Source: Podarcis muralis
Lineage: Eukaryota
Direction: 5' to 3'
Assembly (NCBI RefSeq): GCF_964188315.1
Contig: NC_135656.1
Coordinates: 122,946,001-123,010,000 of the forward strand
DNA: 64,000 nucleotides
Positions 35,172 to 46,560 of this stretch are shown here, in pieces; within the stretch, counting starts at the first letter, position 1, and each line of letters begins with the position of its first letter. The translations under genes and the position numbers were made by a program. The notes under the pieces were generated by a model that was given only the letters and a program-made list of their open reading frames with translations, did not search any database and was not told where the DNA came from.

Positions 35172-37078
35172 TATGGCTGCAGACAGCTCCTACCAGCTAT
35201 AATACGGATTCTTGGTTTGTGAGGAGATTGCCAGCTATAAGCACCATATAAGAACACACAGGAAATGGGTTATACAAGAGATTTATTGTAAGATGTTTCC
35301 AGAGAATGGGACTTTTATCCAGAGCCAACAGTTTCTGAAGAGGAGACAACCGTTTGGTCTTTAAACACCTGGTATCATAATTTCAATTTGCCTATGTCAA
35401 GCATCATTTGTGATGTCAAACTGCTCACATTCCCTGTGGTTAGCATAGATAGCAGGACATACCTACATGGGGTCATGATCACAGGCATCCCAAATTCTGT
35501 AGATGGCACAAAACGTTTGCCAAGTTGCCCTTTCTTCATGTCTGGGTCCAACGACTTTACTTCTGCTAAGAACAGTTGCATTCTTTCTGACCACCTAAAA
35601 TAAATGCCCATGTCATGTCCAAAACCACAGCCTTCATTCAAAACCTTAAAGGTACCAAGCTTTCTCCCAGCTTTGCAGTTTAAAGCCTCATCAGGATCCA
35701 TTTGACCAAAATATTTCTTTTTAAAAAAAAAATAATTTTTATTAATTTTCCAAACATATAATAAAAACAAACAATTAAACAAAACAAACAAAACATACAA
35801 ACATATAAACATGTATACTTTCGTAATCTTATCTTCCTACATTTGACCAAAATATTTCTATTCCATAAGCTTTTTTAAAAAAGTGTATACTTTTCAGATC
35901 TCTCCAAAAATACCATTTCTTTTCGAGAGTTCAAATTGTTGATAATTGGCAATTTTGGGACCGTTCCACATATAGCCCATGAAGTTTCAGCAATCAAGAA
36001 TTTGAACCCTTAGCAGAAAAACTGATGAATATCTCCCTGGCAAGGGGGGGTGGGGATCATTTCTGCTGTGAATGTATTTAATCTGCAAAGTGAACACAGT
36101 TCAAGCCATACAAGTTCTTCAGTGATCTGCACAATCAATGCCCCACAAAACAAGCTTTCTCAATATGTTACACAACTCCACCTCCCATCACTCCTCATCC
36201 TTGGCCATAGTGGCTGCTGGGAACTGGATACAGTTGATTCAAATGGCTGCTGAATGTTTGTCATTTGATCTGGCAAGAAACATGTTCCGCTTCCTTGCAG
36301 CAGAATTGAACCAAAGAATGGTTCATCTTTGAGACATGATGGTTATGTGACACATACTTGGGCTACTGGTCTCCTCGCCCCTTGCTGGAGGAAAAGGATC
36401 AGCTTTTTAGCTTACATCAATTGCCCAAACTGAGGAGCCAGGTCACAGTCAACAGCTTTAAAGGGTCAGAGAGCAGAGAACTGCACTAGAAATGTGTGAG
36501 CAGGCAAATCTGTCTGATTTGCTCAGCTGAAAAGTGAACAATCAGTTTGAGTTAATAGCCACTGAGGGATGGTCAACTAAGAATTGCTTGGAAAAAGGAG
36601 AAGTGGAAATCAATGTCAGGAGTAAGGGATTAACATAATTGTACAGAAACTGACCACAGTCACCTCTGTGCAAATCTGGTTCCTCTAACAGATATAAAAA
36701 ACCCCTTAATGAACCAGTTTAAATTTCTACTGTCACTAGTGGTAGACTCATCTCATGTCCAACCTAAGAAACATGCTACCATGAGCACATAAATTAAAAT
36801 AAGAAGCGTGTGTGTGTGTAGAAACAAGTGACGTGAAGGAAACAGAATGTTGACAATGATCTTTTCAGATCTCTGACTTACCTTATACCTGGTGAGCGGT
36901 ACATTGCAGTAGTAGGAAGGCATTTGGACACACATACAGAAATGATTATAGAGTATATTGGCACCTTCTGAAGAATGACAGGCCTAGGATCTAGAAAAAC
37001 AAACAAACTCACTCCCCACTATAAACCTATCAAGTCAAGATTCTAGTGGGGGATTTTCACATATCCCAAATGCCATGT

Positions 37079-37977
37079 TTAATTCTTTTTCCTCAGGTGT
37101 TCCTTCATATTAAGATCAGGCCTCAATATTATTATATAGCACTTGGGGAGGAAGATGCAGCCCAGAAGCCCAGCACTGGAGGCCAAGATAGAAAAGACTT
37201 GCACGGCTACCATGTACTTCCCCTTTGAGCTCAGGTAGGTGGGCACAAAGGACACCCAAACACTGCAGAAGACCAGCATGCTGAAGGTGATCAGCTTGGC
37301 TTCATTGAAGGCCCCAGGCAGCTGCCTGGCTAGGAAAGCCACTGTGAAGCAGATGGCAGCCAGGAAGCCCATGTAGCTGAGGGCAACATAAAACATGGCA
37401 GCAGATCCTTCATTGCATTGCAAGATAATCTCTGCAGGTTGGGAGTGCATGTCGGATTCTGGGAATGGGGGAGACAGACCCAGCCATAGGGTGCAGATGA
37501 CAACTTGGAGACTGGAACAGGAAATGACAACAGAGTGCGCAAAACACTTCCCCAGCCATCTCCTTCCCCTGTTCCCTGGCTTAGCAGCCAGGAAGGCCAG
37601 AACCACAGTGATGGTTTTGGCCAAGATAGAAGAGACAGCAACTGAGAAGATGGTGCTAAAGGCCACTTGTTGCATAAGGCAGGTTGCTTTTGTAGGCTGT
37701 CCAATGAAGAGGAAGGAGGACAAAAAGGAGAGCAGGAGGGAGATGAGGAGGATGTAGGACAGGTCTCGGTTGTTGGCTTTGACGATGGGAGTGTTCCTGG
37801 ATTTAACAAAGATTCCAAACACAATGCCTGTGATTAAGGACAAGAAGAGGGCAGAAGAAGCCAGGAGGATCCCCAAAGATTCTTCATAGGATAAGAAGGT
37901 GATTAATTTAGGGACACATTGATGCCGGTCCTCATTTGGATGCTGATCTTCTGGACATTTAAAACATTCATCGGCAT
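37079..37977 (-). CDS. Vmn2r: V2R gene C exon 6 (7TM)
   Basis: CAG|AT GCC GAT; DADECFKCP...7TM...KEHLRKKN*; 899 nt. Confidence 0.93.
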
Positions 37978-40900
37978 CTGCATAGAGAAAATGAGAATCC
38001 TAACTTGTTACGTTTGTGGGGAAAGGTGGGCCCATAGGTGAGGTCAAGAAAGGATGTAGTCAAAATGGAGTACCATTACAAGTATCAGCCTGAGCCTGGC
38101 TGAAATATTTGCCCCATCTTCCCATTGAAGGCCCTTTCCTCTGAGGTGCTGTCCTACCTTCCTGTGTTGAGATTGTGCCTTCTGAGCACGGAGAACAATC
38201 ATAGCAGCAATGTGGCCTCCCTTCCTGAATTTTCTTGGCATATCCAGGCTGACAGCTCTCTGTGCATCTTGAGCGAGGAATGGTCTAGACATGAACAGAA
38301 GGCATATCTGTTTCCAATGGCCTAAAGGCCCTACTCTGTGGAAATTATTATTATTTTTCTTTTGCAGAGCAGCTTGTCAGGGAAACAAACCTCTTTGATG
38401 TTTCTACTTATTTAACAACCTGCTTCATTTCTGTATACAAGGTAGCATGAAAAATACAATAAACAATAACCTAACTTACTAAATAAATAAATGGTAGTAT
38501 CTTAGAACCATGCACACACTCCTATGACCAGCAGCAATAACAAAAGTCCTAAGACTGCTGCCATTGTATCTTCTGCTAGGTTGCACAGCTGTGACTAAGG
38601 ACTTTCTGGTTCCTATTTTACTCCCAAAACTCCACAGTGTCTTCGAGGTTGGCACCAAAGGCTGCTCCTGGTGCAGAACATGGTACCTAGTTTGCTTGTG
38701 TGTCATAGCTGTACTTATTGGAATCAACTGCAGAAAATCTCGTTTTGAGAAGCATTTTTCAGCTGGATGAAAAAGTCTTGACCTCTGCTGTTCATTTAGA
38801 ATTTTTTAATTTGAATGTGTGTTCAACTACACAGACCACCCTGAGCTCCACTGTTTTCATTCTGTTTTCTTGATCTAATAAACAGATGGGGCAGAATTCA
38901 CTCCAGTCTTACCCAACCTGTTGCCCTCAGATATATTTGCCCAGCGTCGGCCTTGGCAGATGGGAGTTGTAGTCCACAATATCTGGAGAGCACCAAGTTG
39001 GGGGAAGGTCTTCTGCTCTGCTCCTGAAAGTCTCCTACTCACTGTGAAATCTTAGACAGGTTTTCTCAAGACAGACTCCATTAAGCTCAATGGGACTAAG
39101 CTCCAGAGAAGGATGTCTAAGACTGCAATCAATCATCTGTACTATTCAACATGTTATTAGACAATTATAGATGTCGCAGGGAATAACAATTTCTCTTACC
39201 TTCTTAAACAGCTTGGGCCACACAATTGCTTCTGGGTTAATGGTGAACTTCAGTTTTGAGGACTTCTGTCTCTCTATGCTCCCAATTTTCACTCTACCCC
39301 GAGAGTTATTAGGAAACAGCACCCAGTTCACAATATCGAAGTCAATGGCCAGTGCCCCATTCTCATCCAAGTACTGTCCTTCAGATGAAGTATTAGAATA
39401 GAGGTGAACCTCTTTCAAGAATGGATGAAGCTACAACAGAAGAAACTCCAGCATTGAGAGAACATGCATCCCAATAACCTCTTAATAAGGACTAGAGAAC
39501 TAGGACTCAAAGGTGCTCATTAGGTCCTCTCATTCTGCTTCAGCATTTGCAGGATAACCAAAGTGAACCAAAGTGAGTAATATTACCTTTATCCTGCTAC
39601 GTCTCTGAAAGAGTGGCCTGTTCTGCCGTTTCACGAGAAATGTTTCTAGGGATGATAAATTTAATTCTACAGGGGAGAAAACTCTTATATGATAAACAAA
39701 CAAACAAACAAATGTTTATTCGGCTATTACGAATTGTATGATAAAGTGCCTGTTTTTATTAATTCCTTTAACTGTGTAACACATTTTATTGCATCTTCTT
39801 TTCTGTCATGGCTTTCGCTACTGCTAATAGTGTAGACAAAGCTGAACTACATGGTTCATTGGTCTGATTTGGTATTAAGGCTGCTTCCTAAATTCCTATC
39901 AGGGTGATTCCATAGAGCTGGGATAATGAATTTCAGTTTGCAAAAGAAAAGGATATACCTGCCATGGCTGTAGCCTTGGAAGTTCCAACCTGCCTCCTTT
40001 GCCCACAATCGACATCCTCTTTGAGCTGAATGAATATGCTGCATTCAAGGCTTGAGCCACAGCTTGGATGCTCAAGTAATTCACATAGCTGTCTTGGGAT
40101 TGGATTCCTCCAACCATTTCCTGAGGCAGCATCCTTAGCCACATCTTCTCCTCCCTGCATCTCTCCCAACCCTTCACAGACAAGGCATGCTTTGAATATG
40201 AACAAACATATGCTTTTCCCCAAACGTTTAGACTACGAAATGAAATTGGCTCATAGTATTTATATTTTGTCATTTTTTTGGTCTTCATTACAAAGGAGAA
40301 AGAACCATGGGCATAGCGGAAAGATTTAATATCACCAAATAAGATTGTGTTCTGAAGAGCTGTGATTATCCAGACTTTTCCTCCAGTTTCTATCCTTTCA
40401 AGTAAAGACTGTACCTCCATGATTATAAAAAGTCCATATTGAGAGTCTGCAGAGTAAACAAATACATTGACTTGTCTCCACAAGGCAGGGGCTTCGTGGG
40501 GTATCCACAACCAGGTTTGTAGTAGTACTCTTTTTGTGAAGGCAACACAGATTTCGTTGCTGGTCATCAGGGGTGTCAAGGTACTCAGGAATTTTTCTCC
40601 ATTGTCATTGTCTGGAGCAAAGAGGCCGACCCACGTCCACCTGAAATGCAGGAGGAGTTGGACCATCCCCTGGTACTGAATCTCTTGCTTTGGTGTCATT
40701 TGGTAGACAAAAGGGGACCGGACTTTATCATGAGGAACGAAGCCATAACTAAGCTGGTGAGGAAAGGAGAAGAGACTGGGGTTTTGTTTTTCAGGGCAAT
40801 GACTGAATACTGTACTTCTGTTTGAAAGATTATGGCATATTTTATTTTTTTAATTAGCATGAACATCAAATATTTTTAAAATAACCTTTTTTTATTTAAG

Positions 40901-41821
40901 CAATTTATACAGTGGTACCTCGGGTTACAGACTCCACTAACCCCGAAGTAGTACCTCAGCTTAAGAACTTTACCTCAGGATGAGAATGGACTCTAAGCAG
41001 TTTTCAAAGGTTCGATGTAAAAAAGACAAAATTTAAAACTATAAGATCGTATTTCATTTGAACTGGCTACTGCATGCAGTGAAAAATGAAGGTCTTCATT
41101 AGGCTCTGGAAGGTTTTAAGTAACCTTGTCTGACCTCAGCTGGAAGAGAGTTCTGTGAAATGAAATGAAATGAAAAAGGTATTTAAATGTACCTTTCTGA
41201 AGAAACCAGAGGCCTTTCTCCTGGGCATGGTTGGCCAATTGGTGCCAAAGAAGGATAGAACTTTCTTTATGTATGCTACAACAGCAGCAAGAATACTTAT
41301 TGCAAAGTATTGGAAGACACAAGATCTACCCACCCTGGAAGAATGGCAGATGAAGGTGATGGACTATATGGAACTGGCGGAAATGACTGGCAGAATCCGA
41401 GACCAGGGAGAAGAGTTGGTGGAAGAAGATTGGAAGAAATTTAAAGACTATTTACAGAAATACTGCAAAATTAATGAATGTTAGAATGATGTCGGAATGA
41501 AGTTAAGTGGTTTTAGCAGCAATGTTACAAAGGAGTATGTAAAAATGGATTGCTAAAAGGTGAGAATCTAAAGTTATAATATATTAAGATAAAGGATTAA
41601 GATAAAAACAAAGTGGGAAAGGATTTGCTGAAATAACTAACTGAAACGGAATACAAAAAAGGGAGGTGTGAGGAGGTCAGGGAAACAAGTAAATGAAAGA
41701 CAAGACATGGAAAGATTGATTTTTTCTAAATTGTTTTTATTTTTCTGTATTTTGTATTTTGTATTTTCTTTTTCTCTTTTTCTTATTTTTGTAACCTTTT
41801 CTGAAACTTTAATAAATATCA

Positions 41822-41862
<41 letters not shown>

Positions 41863-44800
41863 CGTGAAATGAGTTCCACAATTGTGGCTCTTGTTGGAAA
41901 CGAGCTGTTCATCTGAGCCACTAAGAGTGACTCCTCCCAAGAGTTCAGTGATTGGGGACATGTATAAGGGATTATACATGCTTTTGAATTATGGTGCTGG
42001 AGGAGACTCTTGAGAGTCCCATGGACTGCAAGAAGATCAAACACATCCATTCTTAAGGAAATTAGCCCTGAGTGCTCACTGGAAGGACAGATCCTGAAAC
42101 TGAGGCTCCAAGACTTTGGCCACCTAATGAGAAGAGAAGACTCCCTGGAAAAGACCCTTTGAGGGCACAAGGAGAAGGGGACAACAGAGGACAAGATGGT
42201 TGGACAGTGTTCTCGAAGCTACAAACATGAGTCTGACCAAACTGCGGGAGGCACGACTAAACGAATAAACAACAACAGAAGCCATTATGTCATTATTGAG
42301 ATGTCCTGGACCCAAATAATTAAGGGCCTTATGAATCTGGTTTTGATTCTGCTAACACAGTGGGTTGACTTTGCTTCGGAGGTGCACTCCCTTTTATACT
42401 TAGCCAGACAGATGCCAGGAGCAGGGGCTGTGTCTCCAACTCTGCAATAGGCATCCTGGCTAGTAGCCATCAGTAGCCCTCTCCTCCATGAATTTGTCCA
42501 ATCCACTTTTTTCCTAATGATCCCGAAACTGAAATATCTTTGTATGGCTTCCCATTTCATGAAAAGCAATGTTTCAAAGCAACGTATAATGTAAAGTAAG
42601 CAATAAATTCATTATCATAAGAAAAACTTGGTTTTTGTATTGTTTTTTACGAGATGGCAAATGTTGCCAGCTGTATTTGACTTGAACCCAATTCTTACTT
42701 GTGGGATCTTGTAGATTCCTGAAATGCTTGCAATGTGCATGGAGATGTCGGATTCGCCCCCTTCAAGAATAGCTAGTGGTGTCTTCCGTTTTCCACAGAT
42801 GTAGTTCGGAATGTTGATTTTCCCACCAGCAAAGAGGTCTGTCAGGGCATCAGAAGTTGTTCTTGCCTCAAAAAAGGTATCGTAGTTGCTGTAGCCCAGG
42901 GTGATGTTGGGCAAGAGCCTGCGGTTAAGATTGATCTCCTGAGTGGCAAGTGCGGAGGAAAGAATGTGCCAGTCCTTCCCAGCCATCCAGCTGCAGAAGA
43001 AAGTATGTCACATAGTCACCCTTGATTCAGAGAAAATGGAAGTCACATTCAGTTACATAGATTATGTTGTGCCGTGGTGGAAGAATTGTGCACTTCCCAC
43101 TGAAAATCATTCTTTCCACCTATCATTGCACCCAGCTATAAAGGAGGAGCCTGTCTTATACAGGGGAAGGAGAGTTACCTTTCTGTTCACTGAAGAAGTG
43201 TGCGTGCACACGAAAGCTGATACCAATAACAAACGTAGTTGGTTTCTAAGGTGCTACTAGAAGGAATTTTCTTCTTCTTCTTACTGTTCACTTTTCGCCA
43301 TTAGAGAACCAGTCTCTCTTCCAACTCCAAGCATAGGGCAATGAGTAAAAACCTGGGATGCTAATTCCCTGGATAGACTTCCAGAAAATCATTTCAGGTT
43401 GAGAATAGGAAACTCCCCAATTTTCATGCTAAGGATCATGGCCTCAGCGTTCACCCTTCCCTAATGGTCCATGAGACACAATGAGAGAATGAATTTCATA
43501 TTGCTTATTACTGAAAAGCTGCCACTCAAACATACGTCACAGCTTCTTAGAGAAGACAAGTTCTGCATGGGAACATGGCTCAATGTTGTTAACTTAAACT
43601 GTAATGTAAAACACATTGAAATACTGCTTTTCACCAAGTGAACATACATATAGATTTTTTAATAAAATTATTCAAATGTTACAATACAGCTTTGTCCTCT
43701 GCCATAATATCACAAAATGATCACTCCAGTCCTCAATTCCACATCTCTGTCATTTTGGCATGCCACATACAACCCAACTATATATCTGGTTTAGTTCTTT
43801 CTCTTTTATTGGAGAAGAACGAGATATTTTAAGGCCATCATCATCATCATCATCATCACAGAGGTGTCTGTGTAGGGGTTATATTGATTGGAAATGTCTA
43901 GAAATGTTTTAATAAATGAATGAATTAAATCACAGGTCCCTATGCATTGACATTTTCGTTTAATGCCCCAGCAAATACTCAGAATAGTTTCAGTGAGTTT
44001 CATCTCACTGATTTGAAGCAAAAGGAGGTGCTTCTTGCTTTTAAAAAATATTATACCTAATTCAGATTTCCCCATTGTATTCGATCTCACTGAACAAGAT
44101 GCTTCCTCCTTCTTCAAAGAAGAAAAAAAGAAGAAGGAGGTATTGATTTAGAAGAAGAAGAAGAGGAGGAGGAGGAGGAGGAGTTTGGATTTGATATCCG
44201 GCCTTTCACTCCCTTTAAGGAGTCTCAAAGCGGCTAACAATCTCCTTTCCCTTCCTCCTCCACAACAAACACTCTGTGAGGTGAGTGGGGCTGAGATACT
44301 TCAGAGAAGTGTGACTGGCCCAAGGTCACCCAGCAGCTGCATGTGGAGGAGCGGAGACGCGAACCCGGTTCCCCAGATTAGGAGTCTACCGCTCTTAACC
44401 ACTACACCACACTGGCATTTACCAGGAGTACCAGAAAATAGGGGCTGATTCAGATACATCAAAGCATACAGACCACAAAGCTTGGTAAAAAGGAAGTTGA
44501 AAGGCAAAATCAAGAGGGTCAATCGCTCCCAAACACTTGGGAGTTGTTTAAGAACACTGTATTAGAGACTCAATGTTGGTCTGAAGCTCAACATCAAAAA
44601 AACGAAGATCATGGCCACTGGTCCCATCACCTCCTGGCAAATAGAAGGGGAAGAAATGGAGGCAGTGAGAGATTTTACTTTCTTGGGCTCCATGATCACT
44701 GCAGATGGTGACAGCAGCCACGAAATTAAAAGACGCCTGCTTCTTGGGAGAAAGGCGATGGCAAACCTAGACAGCATCTTAAAAAGCAGAGACATCACCT

Positions 44801-46560
44801 TGCCAACAAAGGTCCATATAGTTAAAGCCATGGTTTTCCCAGTACTGATGTATGGAAGTGAGAGCTGGACCATAAAGAAGGCTCATCGCCAAAGAATTGA
44901 TGCTTTTAAATTATGGTGCTGGAGGAGACCCATGGACTGCAAGAAGATCAAATGCATCCATTCTTAAGGAAATCAGCCCTGAGTGCTCACTGGAAGGACA
45001 GATCCTGAAGCTGAGGCTCCAATACTTTGGTCACCTCATGAGAAGAGAAGACTCCCTGGAGAAGACACTGATGCTGGGAAAGATGGAGGGCACAAGGAGA
45101 AGGGGACGACAGAGGACAAGATGGTGGGACAGTGTTCTCGAAGCTACCAGCATGAGTTTGACCAACTGCAGGAGGCAGTGGAAGACAGGAGGGCCTGGCG
45201 TGCTCTGGTCCATGGGGTCACGAAGAGTCGGAAACGACTAAACGACTAAACAACAACAACCAATTAGAGACTCAAGTTGAGTATATGCAGCAAATAAGGA
45301 AAGATACCATGAGGGCCAAGAGGATATCAGCATGGTTAATGAGTACAGCCAAAGAAGCTATTTGAAGCAAGAAGACTTCTTTCGAAAAACTGAAAATTTG
45401 TCGGGTGATCCCGTTGACAAACTGTACATAGACTTTCAAAAAGCTTTTGACAAAGTATGTCACCAAAGACTCATATGCAAGATTAGAAGTCAAGGAATAA
45501 GAAGAGAGGTTCTCTTGTGAATCAGGAACTGGTTAAGTTGCAGGAAGCAAAATGTAGGAATAAATGGACAATTCTCCAAATAGAGAGGAGTAGAAAGTGG
45601 AGTCCCCTGAGGATCGGTATTGGGACCTGTGCTTTTTATCTTGTTCATAAATGATCTAGAGTTTTACATGTTCATGGATTCTGAACTGGGAGGGAAGGAC
45701 CAGGAGTGAGACGTTGGGATCATGCTTGCCAAATCCATGTTAGGTAGCTGTAAAAATGGGAATTTCTGAGCTATGGATCATCAGGAAAGGAATTGAAAAT
45801 AAATGAGAACACATTGCAGTGTTTTGTTCTTTTTAGTTGAGAAACGGTGAGCAAGAGAGGACAGGACATGATTTTTTAAAATTATGCATATTGTGGAGAA
45901 AACGGATAAACAATTTTCTCCTTCTCTAAAAACACTAAAACTGGAGACTATTCAGGACAGATGCAAACTGACTTCTTTGCACAGTGCTGTGGATCTTGCT
46001 CCCCCGGAAGACAGTGATGGTGGCCAAGTTAGCTTTAAAAGAAGATAAGGCAAATTCATGGAAATGCTTCTGAATATCAGTTCTGGAAGGCACAGGAGGG
46101 GAGAGTGTGTTTGTGGTCATTTTCTGATCCCTGCTTTTGCCGAAGAAGAAGAAGAAGAAGAAGAAGAAGAAGAAGAAGAAGAAGAAGAAGAATGTTCTGC
46201 TCCCTGTTTTTCCACAAGCACCTGATAGGGCACTGTGGGAAAAGGATCTTTCAATAAATGCAGAATTAATCAGATGCAGCAGGCAATTCTTTTGCTTGCT
46301 TGTAAAAGAATTGGAGAGTAGATAGGAATACATTAATACACCATTACTTACTACTCAAATTTGGTTAAGGGAGTGCGGGTAAAGGAGAACGGATATTGAC
46401 CTCCAATAACCTTTGAAGATATGAATCCACTAATGAGCTGGTCTCCTGGCCTATAAAAATTCATAGCCCAGTTTTCATCCCTGATCAGATTCAGTGGGCA
46501 TTTAGTCCTCTGCTGCATCCCATAGGTTGCAAGAGGCAGCAGCAGAAGCAGTGTTGTCAT
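37079..46560 (-). CDS. Vmn2r: V2R gene C, complete six-exon ORF, 850 aa
   Basis: 209+292+795+231+127+899 = 2553 nt in frame; all introns GT-AG; exon 1/2 split codon TA|C = Tyr. Confidence 0.92.
38158..38284 (-). CDS. Vmn2r: V2R gene C exon 5
   Basis: TAG|[42 protein letters not shown]|GTAGGA; 127 nt. Confidence 0.9.
39200..39430 (-). CDS. Vmn2r: V2R gene C exon 4
   Basis: TAG|[15 protein letters not shown]...IVWPKLFKK|GTAAGA; 231 nt. Confidence 0.9.
39959..40753 (-). CDS. Vmn2r: V2R gene C exon 3
   Basis: CAG|[19 protein letters not shown]...RLQPWQ|GTATAT; 795 nt. Confidence 0.92.
40910..40990. mobile_element. Tc1/mariner MITE end fragment
   Basis: TA|CAGTGGTACCTCGGGTTAC. Confidence 0.5.
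41175..41826 (+). mobile_element. L1 3' end (ORF2 C-terminus + 3' UTR)
   Basis: [11 protein letters not shown]...PTLEEW...DYMELAEMT...DWKKF..YL; AATAAA at end. Confidence 0.75.
41980..42277 (+). mobile_element. BovB (RTE) 3' fragment
   Basis: GCTTTTGAATTATGGTGCTGGAGGAGACTCTTGAGAGTCCCATGGACTGCAAG; (CAA)n tail. Confidence 0.85.
42699..42990 (-). CDS. Vmn2r: V2R gene C exon 2
   Basis: CAG|[11 protein letters not shown]...YKIPQ|GTAAGA; 292 nt. Confidence 0.92.
44150..44416 (-). mobile_element. Squam3-like SINE
   Basis: Box A/B head and (CTT/CCT)n tail on minus strand. Confidence 0.8.
44566..45259 (+). mobile_element. BovB (RTE) 3' fragment
   Basis: [14 protein letters not shown]...[46 protein letters not shown] is BovB RT C-terminus. 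Confidence 0.9.
45290..46060 (+). mobile_element. Degraded CR1 ORF2 fragment
   Basis: [14 protein letters not shown] and [16 protein letters not shown] motifs. Confidence 0.65.
46142..46192. repeat. (GAA)17 microsatellite in gene C intron 1
   Basis: Direct reading. Confidence 0.95.
46352..46560 (-). CDS. Vmn2r: V2R gene C exon 1
   Basis: [14 protein letters not shown]...[11 protein letters not shown]; TA|GTAAGT; 209 nt. Confidence 0.9.

Noticed and set aside
35375-35812. 145-aa ORF (KLGTFKVLNEGCGFGHDMGIYFRWSERM...) between genes B and C
   Set aside because: No recognisable domain; its paralogous block at ~47890-48310 has in-frame stops (ERM*LVLSEVK*); the 5' part runs through an AT-rich insertion. 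It could be an old transposon remnant; a profile search would settle it.
46142-46192. (GAA)17 as a transcription-blocking triplex tract in gene C intron 1
   Set aside because: Much shorter than tracts known to impede transcription; recorded as a microsatellite only.
46340-46360. TAG stop apparently ending exon 1 of genes C and D
   Set aside because: The G belongs to the GT donor; spliced codons are TAC and TAT (Tyr), so these are not nonsense mutations.
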